64,000 nt of DNA, taken from contig OZ240241.1 of assembly GCA_965198115.1 (NCBI GenBank), positions 8,032,001 to 8,096,000 on the forward strand. The letters are read 5' to 3'. The DNA is from Candidatus Latescibacterota bacterium. Lineage in GTDB: Bacteria; Latescibacterota; UBA2968. This document shows, piece by piece, positions 29,065 to 38,477 of this stretch. Both the position numbers and the translations under genes were made by a program. The notes under the pieces are model-generated. The model had not been told where the DNA came from. It saw only the letters and a program-made list of their open reading frames with translations, and made no database searches. The first letter of the stretch is position 1, and each line of letters starts with the position of its first letter.

Positions 29065-30504
29065 TCAATCGCCGGGTCTCCACCTCAACACAGGCTTTCT
29101 TGCCGCCGTCGCCTCGTCCAATCGGCGAACCGGCGTCTCGTGAGGCGCCTCCTTCAAAAGCGTCGCGTCCTCTGACGCCTCCTTCGCGATCTTCGTCATC
29201 GCCTCCACGAACACGTCCAGTTGCTCCAGACTCTCCGTTTCCGTCGGCTCGATCAGGAGAGCCTCAGGACAGACCTTCGGCAGCGGGAAATAGATCGTCG
29301 GTGGGTGGATGCCGTAATCGATCAGCCGCTTGGCAACGTCGAGCGCCCCAACACCGTGCGACTTTTTCAACGCGGCTGCTGACAGCACACCCTCGTGCAT
29401 GGGTTGCGATGACTTTGGACGCTCGAAGGTCTTCTCCAAACGACTCACGATGTAATTGGCATTGAGGACCGCCATCTCGCTCGTCTTCCGCATCCCCTCC
29501 GCCCCGAGCATCGACGCGTAGACGTGGGCCCGAATTACCATGCCGAAGTTACCGTAGAACGAGCTCACCTTTCCGATCGACTTCGGCCGGTCGAACTCGA
29601 GGCGGAACGTGTCCCCCTCTCTTACGACCGCAGGAACGGGCAGGAACGGTAACAGGTGTTCCTTCACTCCCACCGGGCCCGAACCGGGTCCCCCCCCTCC
29701 GTGCGGGGTCGTGAACGTTTTGTGGAGATTGATGTGAACGACGTCGAATCCCATGTCGCCCGGCCTGCATTGACCGAGAAACGCGTTCAGGTTCGCTCCG
29801 TCGTAGTAAAGCAACCCACCTCCGTCGTGCACGATCTCGGCGATCTCCAGAATCTCGTCCTCGAACACACCAAAGGTGTTCGGATTCGTCAGCATCAGGC
29901 CCGCAACCTGATCGGACATCTTCGTCTTCAGGTCTTCCACGTCGACCGTGCCCCGGTCCGTGGACTTGATCTCCTCCACGCGATACCCGCACATCGCCGC
30001 CGTGGCCGGATTCGTTCCGTGGGCCGAATCCGGAATCAACACCACCTGCTTCTGCTGGCCGCAAGAGCGATGATACGCCTCGATCACCGAGATCCCGACA
30101 AACTCACCCTGAGCGCCGGCTGCCGGTTGGAAGGTGAAGCCATCCATGCCGCTGACCGCCATTAACACCTGCTCCATCTCCCAAATCATCGACAAAGCGG
30201 GCTGGCAGTCTTCGATCATCGGGTGCAAACCGGCGAGCGCACCCACACGGGCCGCACGTTCGTGCACCTTCGGGTTGTATTTCATCGTGCACGACCCGAG
30301 CGGATAGAAATGCGTGTCGATGCTGAAGTTCAGGTGGGAAAGCGCGGTGTAATGACGAACCAACTCCAGCTCGCTCACCTCGGGCAGCCTGGGCGCCGTC
30401 GTTCGGAGCATCGCCTTGGGAACGCCCTTCGCCTTGGCGCTCGGATAGCGCATACATCGACGGCCCGGTTTGCCACGTTCGAAAACCAGCAAGGCTTCGC
30501 TCAC
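29065..30504 (-). CDS. gcvPB: Glycine dehydrogenase (decarboxylating) subunit 2
   Basis: PLGSCTMKYNP, SAHGTNPA and HINLHKTFTTPHGGGGPG (PLP Lys). Confidence 0.97.
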   Translation of the reverse strand: MSEALLVFERGKPGRRCMRYPSAKAKGVPKAMLRTTAPRLPEVSELELVRHYTALSHLNFSIDTHFYPLGSCTMKYNPKVHERAARVGALAGLHPMIEDCQPALSMIWEMEQVLMAVSGMDGFTFQPAAGAQGEFVGISVIEAYHRSCGQQKQVVLIPDSAHGTNPATAAMCGYRVEEIKSTDRGTVDVEDLKTKMSDQVAGLMLTNPNTFGVFEDEILEIAEIVHDGGGLLYYDGANLNAFLGQCRPGDMGFDVVHINLHKTFTTPHGGGGPGSGPVGVKEHLLPFLPVPAVVREGDTFRLEFDRPKSIGKVSSFYGNFGMVIRAHVYASMLGAEGMRKTSEMAVLNANYIVSRLEKTFERPKSSQPMHEGVLSAAALKKSHGVGALDVAKRLIDYGIHPPTIYFPLPKVCPEALLIEPTETESLEQLDVFVEAMTKIAKEASEDATLLKEAPHETPVRRLDEATAARKPVLRWRPGD

Positions 30505-31841
30505 AGGACCTCCTTCCAGGCCGACAACAAACGATCGATCTCCTCTCCCGTACGCTTTTCGGTCACGCACGTCAGGATGTGCCTGTCCAGCTCAGGATAG
30601 AACCGTCCCAGATCGACGCCTCCCGCAATGCCTTTGTCCTCCAGAACATCGAGGACCTTACGCGCCGGGCGATCGCACCTCACGACGAATTCGTTGAAGA
30701 AGGGTCCGTCGAAGGCCGCTTCCACCCCGTCGATCGCAGCCAGGGCGTCCGCGGCTTCGTGGCTGCGCGCCCAGTTCAACGCGGCGGCTTCGCCGAGCCC
30801 TTCAGGCCCTAGCGCCGATAGGAAAACCGTCACCGCAGTCGCGCAGAGCGTCTGGTTCGTGCAGATGTTCGACGTCGCCTTCTCCCGTCGAATGTCCTGT
30901 TCGCGCGTCTTCAACGTCAGCACGTAGCCTCGTTTGCCATCCACGTCCGTCGTCTGCCCGACGATTCGTCCCGGCATCTTCCGAACGTGTGCTTCTCGAG
31001 TTGCGAAGAACCCCACGTAGGGCCCCCCGAAGCTCAACGGGAGCCCGAGTGGCTGACCGTCACCGACCACGATGTCGGCGCCAAAATCGCCTGGGGGCCG
31101 TATCAAGCCGAGCGACATCGGATTCACGCACGCGACGAAGCTGGCCGAACTCGCGCTTACCAGATCGCCGATCGCGTCGAGTGGTTCCAGAATGCCGAGA
31201 AAATTGGGATTCTGAACAACCACAGCTGTCGTTTCATCATCGAGCTCCTCACGCAACCGATCGAGATTCACCGCACCCGATGCCGTCCACGGAATGTCGA
31301 CCAGCTCCAGACCGATCCCTCTCGCGTAAGATTCGACCACCCTTCGGTAATAGGGGTGTATGCTCCGGGGCAACAACACCCGTTTCGCATCCCGTATGCG
31401 GGCGGCCATCATCACCGCCTCGGCTAAAGCCGACGACCCGTCATACATGGATGCGTTGGCGATCTCCATACCCGTCAGCTCGCACATCATTGTTTGGAAT
31501 TCGAAGATCGCGCGTAGCGTGCCCTGGCTGACTTCCGGCTGGTAGGGCGTGTAGGCGGTGAAGAACTCTCCCCTCGAGATGATCGCGTCCACAACGCTCG
31601 GCGAAAAGTGATCGTAAGCCCCAGCGCCGATAAAGCACAGGTCGGGACCGTCCTTTTCGATCTTGTGGGCCATCCTGTCGAGTCGCGCCATCGCTTCCAT
31701 CTCGCTCAGCCCCTTCGGAAGATCGAGGCCCTGCAATCTCAGCGACTCCGGAATCGGATCGAACAGCGCGTCGACAGTCGGAACACCGATCGTCTCGAGC
31801 ATCTGTGCGACGTCTGACTCGGTATGCGGTGTGTAGTTCAT
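30501..31841 (-). CDS. gcvPA: Glycine dehydrogenase subunit 1
   Basis: YTPYQPEVSQG, NASMYDG and REQDIRREKATSNICTNQ. Confidence 0.97.
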   Translation of the reverse strand: MNYTPHTESDVAQMLETIGVPTVDALFDPIPESLRLQGLDLPKGLSEMEAMARLDRMAHKIEKDGPDLCFIGAGAYDHFSPSVVDAIISRGEFFTAYTPYQPEVSQGTLRAIFEFQTMMCELTGMEIANASMYDGSSALAEAVMMAARIRDAKRVLLPRSIHPYYRRVVESYARGIGLELVDIPWTASGAVNLDRLREELDDETTAVVVQNPNFLGILEPLDAIGDLVSASSASFVACVNPMSLGLIRPPGDFGADIVVGDGQPLGLPLSFGGPYVGFFATREAHVRKMPGRIVGQTTDVDGKRGYVLTLKTREQDIRREKATSNICTNQTLCATAVTVFLSALGPEGLGEAAALNWARSHEAADALAAIDGVEAAFDGPFFNEFVVRCDRPARKVLDVLEDKGIAGGVDLGRFYPELDRHILTCVTEKRTGEEIDRLLSAWKEVL

Positions 31842-32440
31842 GAAGCTCTTTCGTCTCCTGTTTCGACCAGGACCTCCCACAGGTGACGTGCACGACTGCG
31901 CAGGGTGTCCAGATCGGCGTCGTTGTCAATCACGTGATCGGCGTGTTTGACCTTCTCTTCCTCCGGCATCTGGTGACGGGCTCGATCTCGAACCTCTTCT
32001 TCGCTGATACCGAGACGCGCAACCGTGCGGTCGATTCTCACGGGCTCGGGCGCCGTCACGACGACGACGGACTCGCACAGCCCGTCCGGGTCTCCCCATT
32101 CCAGAAGCACCGGCGCCTCGATCACGATCGGTCGATCCGGCGCCGCCGCCTCGACCTGCGCTCTGAGCAATCGACCGACCGCCGGCCACACGACATCCGT
32201 CAGCGCCACGCGGTCCGCATCCGTCGCAAACGCCCGCCGTCCGAGCTCGCGTCGATCGAGTTCCCCATCGACGAGCAGGTCCTCACCGAATCGCTCGAGG
32301 AGACGGGCTCGTACGTCGGACTCGCCCAGCGCCAGGTGCGCCACGCGATCCGCATCGATCACCGTCGCACCCCACTCCGCGAACAGCCGACAGACCGTGC
32401 TCTTACCGGATCCGATGCTCCCGGTCACTCCGATCGTCAC
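31838..32440 (-). CDS. coaE: Dephospho-CoA kinase
   Basis: IGVTGSIGSGKSTV, IDAD and LDRRELG. Confidence 0.95.
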   Translation of the reverse strand: MTIGVTGSIGSGKSTVCRLFAEWGATVIDADRVAHLALGESDVRARLLERFGEDLLVDGELDRRELGRRAFATDADRVALTDVVWPAVGRLLRAQVEAAAPDRPIVIEAPVLLEWGDPDGLCESVVVVTAPEPVRIDRTVARLGISEEEVRDRARHQMPEEEKVKHADHVIDNDADLDTLRSRARHLWEVLVETGDERAS

Positions 32441-33400
32441 GGACCGTCCTCCGTATCCCGTTGCCGACGGACCTTGAGGCGCAATCTGAGGGGCAACGCG
32501 TCGTGCGGATCCTCGCGCTCCCAGGCAGCCACACGGGCTCTGTTCCTGATCCGGAGAGCCACATAGCACAGGATGATCAGAATGCTCGCTGCCAGCCAGA
32601 TCGCTTCAGGAGAAGTCAGCACCGCCCACGGGCCGAATCGTCGTCCCGCATATTCGAGGAAGGCCGACTCGAACGCCCCCGGCGTCATACCCGTCGTTCG
32701 AAACAGAACCACATCGAACGCTACACCCGCCGACAGCTCCTCGATCATCGCCGGAAGGGTGCCGGGCCCACCCAGCTCGATCAGGAAAAGCACGGCAAGC
32801 AGACTTTCCGTATAGGCGAGCTGCGCGCGCGTGGACCCGAACGTCAGAACCGAATCGATATCGGCAAGCGGAAGGACGCCGGTGCCGAGAGCAGCAACCA
32901 GAACTTTGAGGCTCTGATGGAGTCGCCATTCCTCGGCGACCCACATGGCAACGCCTTCGTTGAACCAGACAGGGAGTACGACGGCCGCCTTCGATACGGC
33001 GGCGTGGAGGAGGATGTGGGAGAGTTCGTGACGAGCTGTCTTGACGAGTTCGTCGGATTGACCCGGCAGACGTCGGAGAATCAGGGTCCGGCTGTCAGGA
33101 AAGGCAACCCCGACGCCCCAGTGGGGTACGCGATGGTCGGACAGATCGTGAAACTGATCGTCCGACGTCGCCAGATACGCCTCGATCGGGATGGGATCCA
33201 AACCGCCGAGATCGCAGGCGACGGCGCTGCGACCTTCGACGAGTTGGGCGAGAACGCGTTCGGCCAGCGCTTCGCTGCCGCGCGGATGGTGCAGCCGGAT
33301 GCCCGCCAGCTCGAGCTGACTCCATTCCGATGCCACGCACGGAACGCTGAGGAACAGCCAGACCCAGAGGGCCCACGAAATCCGACTACTTCTTGGCCTT
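32437..33400 (-). CDS. Peptidase MA-family (gluzincin) membrane-anchored metallopeptidase; start uncertain
   Basis: HELSH...PVWFNEGVA and a C-terminal TM helix. Confidence 0.75.
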
Positions 33401-34243
33401 ACCCAGATATTTGAAGAACTCGGTGTCGAGCGGCAACACCACGGTCGTGCCTTCGCCGAGTGTCTTTTCATAGGCTTCGAGCGTGCGCTGGAATTCGTAG
33501 AACTGGGGGTCTCTTTCGAAGGCGTCCGCGTAGATCCGGAGTGCTTCGGCGTCCCCTTCGCCACGAAGCCGCTGGGCCTGCAGGGTGGCCTCCGACCTGA
33601 TCCGAGTGACTTCGAGGTCTGTCTCCGCCCGGATCTTGAGCGCCGCCTCTTCACCCTCGGCCCGATACTCCTTGGCCTGACGCGCCCGCTCCGCACGCAT
33701 GCGATCGAACACGTTCTTCTTGTTTTCCTCTGGCAGGTCGGCGCGCTTGATTCTCACGTCGACCACTTCGATCCCCAGATTCGCGGCATCGTTCCGACAC
33801 TTGCCCGTGACCGACTTCATGATCGCGTCTCGATCGCCGGAGACGACTTCCTCGAGTGTGTGCTGGCCCAGCTCCTCGCGAACGGCGGCGTAGATGATAT
33901 CGTCCAACCGGGATTGCGCCCCGAAGACCGTCTGAACGGATCGCATGAACTTTAAGGGATCGACGATCCGCCAACGCGCGAAATTGTCGACGATCAGGTT
34001 CTTCTTGTCCAACGTGTAGATCGGTGCCGGATCGGCATCGCTCGCCAGCAGCCGGTCGTCGAACCGGTGGACCTGCTCGATGAAAGGAGCCCGAATCTGG
34101 AGCCCGGGTGACTGGATCGTTCGCAGCGGATTACCCAGCCGCGTCACAACGACCGATTCACGTTCCTCAACGACGAAGAAAATGGCGTCGACTGCGATAC
34201 CGATGATAACCAATCCGACGAGTATCCCGATCAGAGCCTTCAA
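33386..34243 (-). CDS. hflC: FtsH modulator HflC
   Basis: SPFH domain; TLDKKNLIVD, RMRAER and FYEFQRTLEAY. Confidence 0.95.
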   Translation of the reverse strand: MKALIGILVGLVIIGIAVDAIFFVVEERESVVVTRLGNPLRTIQSPGLQIRAPFIEQVHRFDDRLLASDADPAPIYTLDKKNLIVDNFARWRIVDPLKFMRSVQTVFGAQSRLDDIIYAAVREELGQHTLEEVVSGDRDAIMKSVTGKCRNDAANLGIEVVDVRIKRADLPEENKKNVFDRMRAERARQAKEYRAEGEEAALKIRAETDLEVTRIRSEATLQAQRLRGEGDAEALRIYADAFERDPQFYEFQRTLEAYEKTLGEGTTVVLPLDTEFFKYLGKAKK

Positions 34244-35220
34244 GGCGTGGACCCTCCCCGTGCGTCCCTCTGAAGCTGGAGAACGTTCAGAATGCCACCC
34301 TGTCCATCCGATTGCACGACGAACTTCTGGATCCCGGGAAGGATCTTTTCCATCGTCTCCAGATACAGCCGGGTTTCGGTCACATTCCGCGCCTTTCGAT
34401 ACTCCGTCAGTACCTTCAAAAACCGCTCGGCATCGCCCTGCGAGCGTTTGATGCGCTCGACTTGATAGGCTTCCGCACCGCGGACGACCTGCTCGGCCTC
34501 GCCGCGTGCCTTCGGGATGATTTCGTTCCGGTAGGCCTCCGCCTCGTTCCGCAGACGCTCCCGATCCTCACGCGCGCTCGCGACGTCCTTGAAGGCCGGA
34601 TCCACTTCACGAGGAACGGCCACGGCCTGGAGCTTCACGGTCCCCACGTGAATCCCCATGTCGTAGATGTCCAGCACGTTACGGATCTGGTCTTCCATCT
34701 CATTCTGAATCTGAAGCTTACCCTCGGTCAGGGCTTCGTCGATCGTGTGGGTGCCGATCACCTGCCGGAGAGCGGACTCGGCGACGCTGCGCACGGCCTC
34801 GGTCTGCCCGTTTACGTTGAACAGGTAGTCTTGGATGTTGCTGATGCGATACTGCACGATCAGCTCCACATCCACGATGTTTTCGTCCCCCGTCAACATC
34901 ACAGACTCACGAAGCACCTTTTGGTAGCGGGGGGCCGGTTCGAGGCTGATCGTCCGGAAGCCGATCTCCAGACGCTTGACCTGAGTGACCTTTTCCTTCT
35001 CGATCTTCTCGATGGGTCGCGGGAGGTGGTAGTGGATCCCCGATTCTGACAGACGGACCGCCTCCCCGAACCGGAACACCACGGCCTGCTCTTCGGGATT
35101 GACGATGTAAATGCCGCTGGCGAACCACAACAACACGAACGCCGCCACGATGTAAGTGACTGTTCGGGCGTTGATGTTCAGATCCAGCTGGGGTCGGTTG
35201 GGAAAGTCGTATTGTTGCAT
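34240..35220 (-). CDS. hflK: FtsH modulator HflK
   Basis: MLTGDENIV, IPKARGEA and TRLYLETME. Confidence 0.95.
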   Translation of the reverse strand: MQQYDFPNRPQLDLNINARTVTYIVAAFVLLWFASGIYIVNPEEQAVVFRFGEAVRLSESGIHYHLPRPIEKIEKEKVTQVKRLEIGFRTISLEPAPRYQKVLRESVMLTGDENIVDVELIVQYRISNIQDYLFNVNGQTEAVRSVAESALRQVIGTHTIDEALTEGKLQIQNEMEDQIRNVLDIYDMGIHVGTVKLQAVAVPREVDPAFKDVASAREDRERLRNEAEAYRNEIIPKARGEAEQVVRGAEAYQVERIKRSQGDAERFLKVLTEYRKARNVTETRLYLETMEKILPGIQKFVVQSDGQGGILNVLQLQRDARGGSTP

Positions 35221-35230
35221 GGAAATCCAA

Positions 35231-36175
35231 TCAGCTCGTCACACGAGCTCTTAGGGCCTCGCCGATGCCACGTACACCGTCGATGCCGCGCAAGGTCACG
35301 TTGATACCCGCCAGTTGATTCGCGAACCGTGAGGCTTCGACAGGATCGCGCAGATCGAGGTAGGACCGGGCAAAACCCATCAGGAACACGTCTCCGCACC
35401 CGGTCTCGTCCTGCGCGGGGCCCGCAGGTTTGGCGGGCGAATGATGAAAGCGGGTCTCACCGGCGTCCGTGAAAACCACGTCCGCACCCTCCTCACCCCG
35501 GGTGACGATCACCACCTCGGATCCGTTTTCGATCAGCTGTCGGCCGAACGATAGCGTGGCTTCATCATCGATCAGCGGGTGTCCGGCCAAGAGCACCGCC
35601 TCAATCTCGTTCATCTGAACCACGTCTGCGCACGCCGTCCACGCCTGCCAGTTCGGCGGCACCCGGAGAAACCGTCGCCGCTCGTCATCCGTCCCGAGCG
35701 ACAGACTGTGCACGTCCATAAAAATCGTGGCATCCGTCGCTCTGCGCGCCGCCTGCAGCGTCTCGAGGTCGAGCTCAAGACCCGTAATGAAATTCACGCA
35801 CAGTGCTTCAGCGTCTAAATACGGTTCGAGTCGCTCGAGCATCAACTTCGGGACACCGCCCTGGAGGGTTTCCTGCTTGTTCCCCTCCGCGTCGTAATCC
35901 AGAAAGCAATGTGTGTTCTTGTCGGGGACGAAGTCGACCCCGTCCAGCGAAACACCGTTCAGCGGAGCAAGGATCGTCTCGACGACCGTCCGCACGTCTT
36001 CGCCGACGTTAACAACCGGGAAGATCGTCGTGCGGTCATCCGCGATGGCGGCCAGCGGGAGAATACTGTAGAGGAGCCCGCCGTAGCTTTCGGTCTCCAC
36101 CCCATCCGAAGTTCGAATCGTGTCTCGATTGATCGCACCGACGAGCGCGATCCGCCGGCTCCCAGCGTCTGCCAT
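35231..36175 (-). CDS. PfkB family carbohydrate kinase
   Basis: QMNEIEA, VTRGEEG and DETGCGDVF. Confidence 0.9.
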   Translation of the reverse strand: MADAGSRRIALVGAINRDTIRTSDGVETESYGGLLYSILPLAAIADDRTTIFPVVNVGEDVRTVVETILAPLNGVSLDGVDFVPDKNTHCFLDYDAEGNKQETLQGGVPKLMLERLEPYLDAEALCVNFITGLELDLETLQAARRATDATIFMDVHSLSLGTDDERRRFLRVPPNWQAWTACADVVQMNEIEAVLLAGHPLIDDEATLSFGRQLIENGSEVVIVTRGEEGADVVFTDAGETRFHHSPAKPAGPAQDETGCGDVFLMGFARSYLDLRDPVEASRFANQLAGINVTLRGIDGVRGIGEALRARVTS

Positions 36176-36231
36176 TAAGCCCCTCCTAAACAGGCAGTTG
36201 CGTCGGCCGCCGCCAGGGCCGAAGTGCACCC

Positions 36232-36260
36232 AATCTACCACAATCCATGTGGGGTGTCAA
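36232..36260 (-). promoter_or_regulatory. Sigma70 promoter for pfkB-hflKC-...-gcvP
   Basis: TTGACA-17-TAGATT on the minus strand. Confidence 0.7.
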
Positions 36261-36274
36261 CAAACCCGGCGTGC

Positions 36275-38350
36275 TCAGCCGACCGTCGGAACACGGAGGC
36301 CCGCGGTCTCGAGCGCGGCAATCCGTTCCACGAGGAGGGGGTGTGTGTCGAGGCCGGGATCGGCCCTCAACAGTCCGACCGCCTCCTCTCTCGCGGCCTC
36401 CATCAAACCCGTGTCTCGAACGAGGTCGACGAACCGGAATTCGGGCAATCCGGCCTGACGTGTACCGAACAGCTGGCCGCTTCCTCGGATTCGCAGGTCC
36501 TCCTCGGCGATCTCGAATCCATCACCGGTCCGGACCATGGCCTCCAGACGCGCTCTGGCATCGTCCGTCAGTTCGTCTTCGGGATCTGCGACCAGAATAC
36601 AGTAGGAAGCGTGGGTGCCCCGTCCCACACGGCCGCGAAGCTGATGGAGCTGCGACAGACCGAAACGCTCTGCGTGCTCCACGCACACGACCGTCGCGTT
36701 GGGCACGTCAACACCGACTTCGACGACCGTCGTCGTTACGAGCACGTCGACGCCGCCCGAACGAAACCGATCCATCACGCTCAGCTTGTCCTCTGACTTC
36801 ATTCGACCGTGGAGCAGCTCGACCCTCAATCCCGCGAACGCGCCCTTTTGAAGGTCCGCGTGTGCTTGTGTGGCTGCACGGGTCTCGGATCGCGCGGACC
36901 CCTCGACGAGCGGATAGATCAGGTAGGCTTGTCTGCCGGAGGCAACCTGTTCACGCATGAACGCGAACGCCTTCTCTCGATCGGAAGCCGGTCGCCACCC
37001 CGTCGTGATCGGCAACCGACCGGAGGGCAATTCGTCGATGACCGTCACATCCAGGTGACCATACAGCGTCAGCGAGAGGGACCGCGGTATCGGCGTCGCC
37101 GTCGTGACCAGCACGTGGGGCGTGCGACCCTTTTCCCACAGGGTCGCCCTCTGCTCGACGCCGAATCGGTGCTGCTCGTCGATCACGACGAGGCGCAGGT
37201 CTTTGAAAACGGTACCCTCCTGGATCAGCGCGTGCGTCCCCACCACGATCGGCATCCTCCCCAATGCGATGAGAGCGCTCGCAGCCTCCCGCTCCGCCGG
37301 GGTCCGGGTCCCCGTCACGACCCCCACACCCAGATCGAACGGCTTCAGCAACCGTCTGAGCGTATGTCCGTGTTGCTCGGCCAGCACTTCGGTCGGAGCC
37401 ATTATCGCGACCTGCCCTCCTGCCTCCACGACCGGAAGGGCAGCGAGCACGGCAACGAGTGTCTTTCCCGATCCCACATCTCCCTGAAGCAGACGATGCA
37501 GGGGACGTCCTCCGGCCAGGTCGGCCCAGATCTCATCGAGGGCACGTCGTTGCCCGCCCGTCAGGCTAAACGGAAGCGCGTCGATCAGCTTGCCCGTCAG
37601 ATCTCCCGGCGTCACCACGGGCGACACCGCGTCCGACGTTCGGCGACGCTGCATCGCCCAAAGCTGCACTTCGAGCCCCTCGCCGAAGGCCAGACTCTTC
37701 CTCGCCACCTCCACGTCCTCCATCTTGTCCGGAAAGTGGATCTGCGCCAGCGCCTCGCGTCTCCCCAGGAGTCCAGCTCGTGTCCGAACCGGTTCCGGCA
37801 CGACCTCCTCGACCGGCCACCCATCGATCACCTGCCTGATCAACCGTCTCAGCGTCCGCGTCGTCAGTCCGGCCTGCTTCATCTCCTCCGTCGTCGTATA
37901 GAGCGGAATCACCCGACCTGTATGGAGACGGTCACCTTCGTCACCCTCGTCGATAGACTCGACCTCGGGATGCACCATCTGAAGACGTCGACGATACCGG
38001 CTCAGCTTGCCCGCGATCGCCACCCAGTCACCGGCCTCGTGGCGGTCTGCTGCAGCGTGTCGCCCGAACCAGACGCAGATCAGTTCGCCCGAATCGTCGG
38101 ACACCCTCATCTCGATCCGGGGCCGGCGACCCGGCACACGCTCCGTCGAACCCACCTTTCCGACGACCGTCACCTCGTGCCCTTCCGGCAGGTTCGCAAT
38201 CAGGTCTTCCTCGCTCCGGTCCAGGTAGCGCCGGGGGAGCAGCAACAACAGGTCCTGGATCGTACGAACCCCGATCGACTCGAGAACCGTCACGCGACGG
38301 GGCCCGACACCCGTCAGGACGCCGACGGATTGATCGAGCTCAAGGGACAA
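36275..38350 (-). CDS. recG: ATP-dependent DNA helicase RecG
   Basis: QGDVGSGKT, DEQHRFG, TATPIPR and QLRGRVGRG. Confidence 0.97.
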   Translation of the reverse strand: MSLELDQSVGVLTGVGPRRVTVLESIGVRTIQDLLLLLPRRYLDRSEEDLIANLPEGHEVTVVGKVGSTERVPGRRPRIEMRVSDDSGELICVWFGRHAAADRHEAGDWVAIAGKLSRYRRRLQMVHPEVESIDEGDEGDRLHTGRVIPLYTTTEEMKQAGLTTRTLRRLIRQVIDGWPVEEVVPEPVRTRAGLLGRREALAQIHFPDKMEDVEVARKSLAFGEGLEVQLWAMQRRRTSDAVSPVVTPGDLTGKLIDALPFSLTGGQRRALDEIWADLAGGRPLHRLLQGDVGSGKTLVAVLAALPVVEAGGQVAIMAPTEVLAEQHGHTLRRLLKPFDLGVGVVTGTRTPAEREAASALIALGRMPIVVGTHALIQEGTVFKDLRLVVIDEQHRFGVEQRATLWEKGRTPHVLVTTATPIPRSLSLTLYGHLDVTVIDELPSGRLPITTGWRPASDREKAFAFMREQVASGRQAYLIYPLVEGSARSETRAATQAHADLQKGAFAGLRVELLHGRMKSEDKLSVMDRFRSGGVDVLVTTTVVEVGVDVPNATVVCVEHAERFGLSQLHQLRGRVGRGTHASYCILVADPEDELTDDARARLEAMVRTGDGFEIAEEDLRIRGSGQLFGTRQAGLPEFRFVDLVRDTGLMEAAREEAVGLLRADPGLDTHPLLVERIAALETAGLRVPTVG

Positions 38351-38477
38351 GAAATTCTCTCGTAAGTGATTGTATCATCGACGCTTGACCCACATGATCG
38401 CCCTCCGTATATTCGGTCGGATCCCCGCCAGATCCCCACCGAATGACCTTCTCCGAACATCGATCGAATTGCTAACG

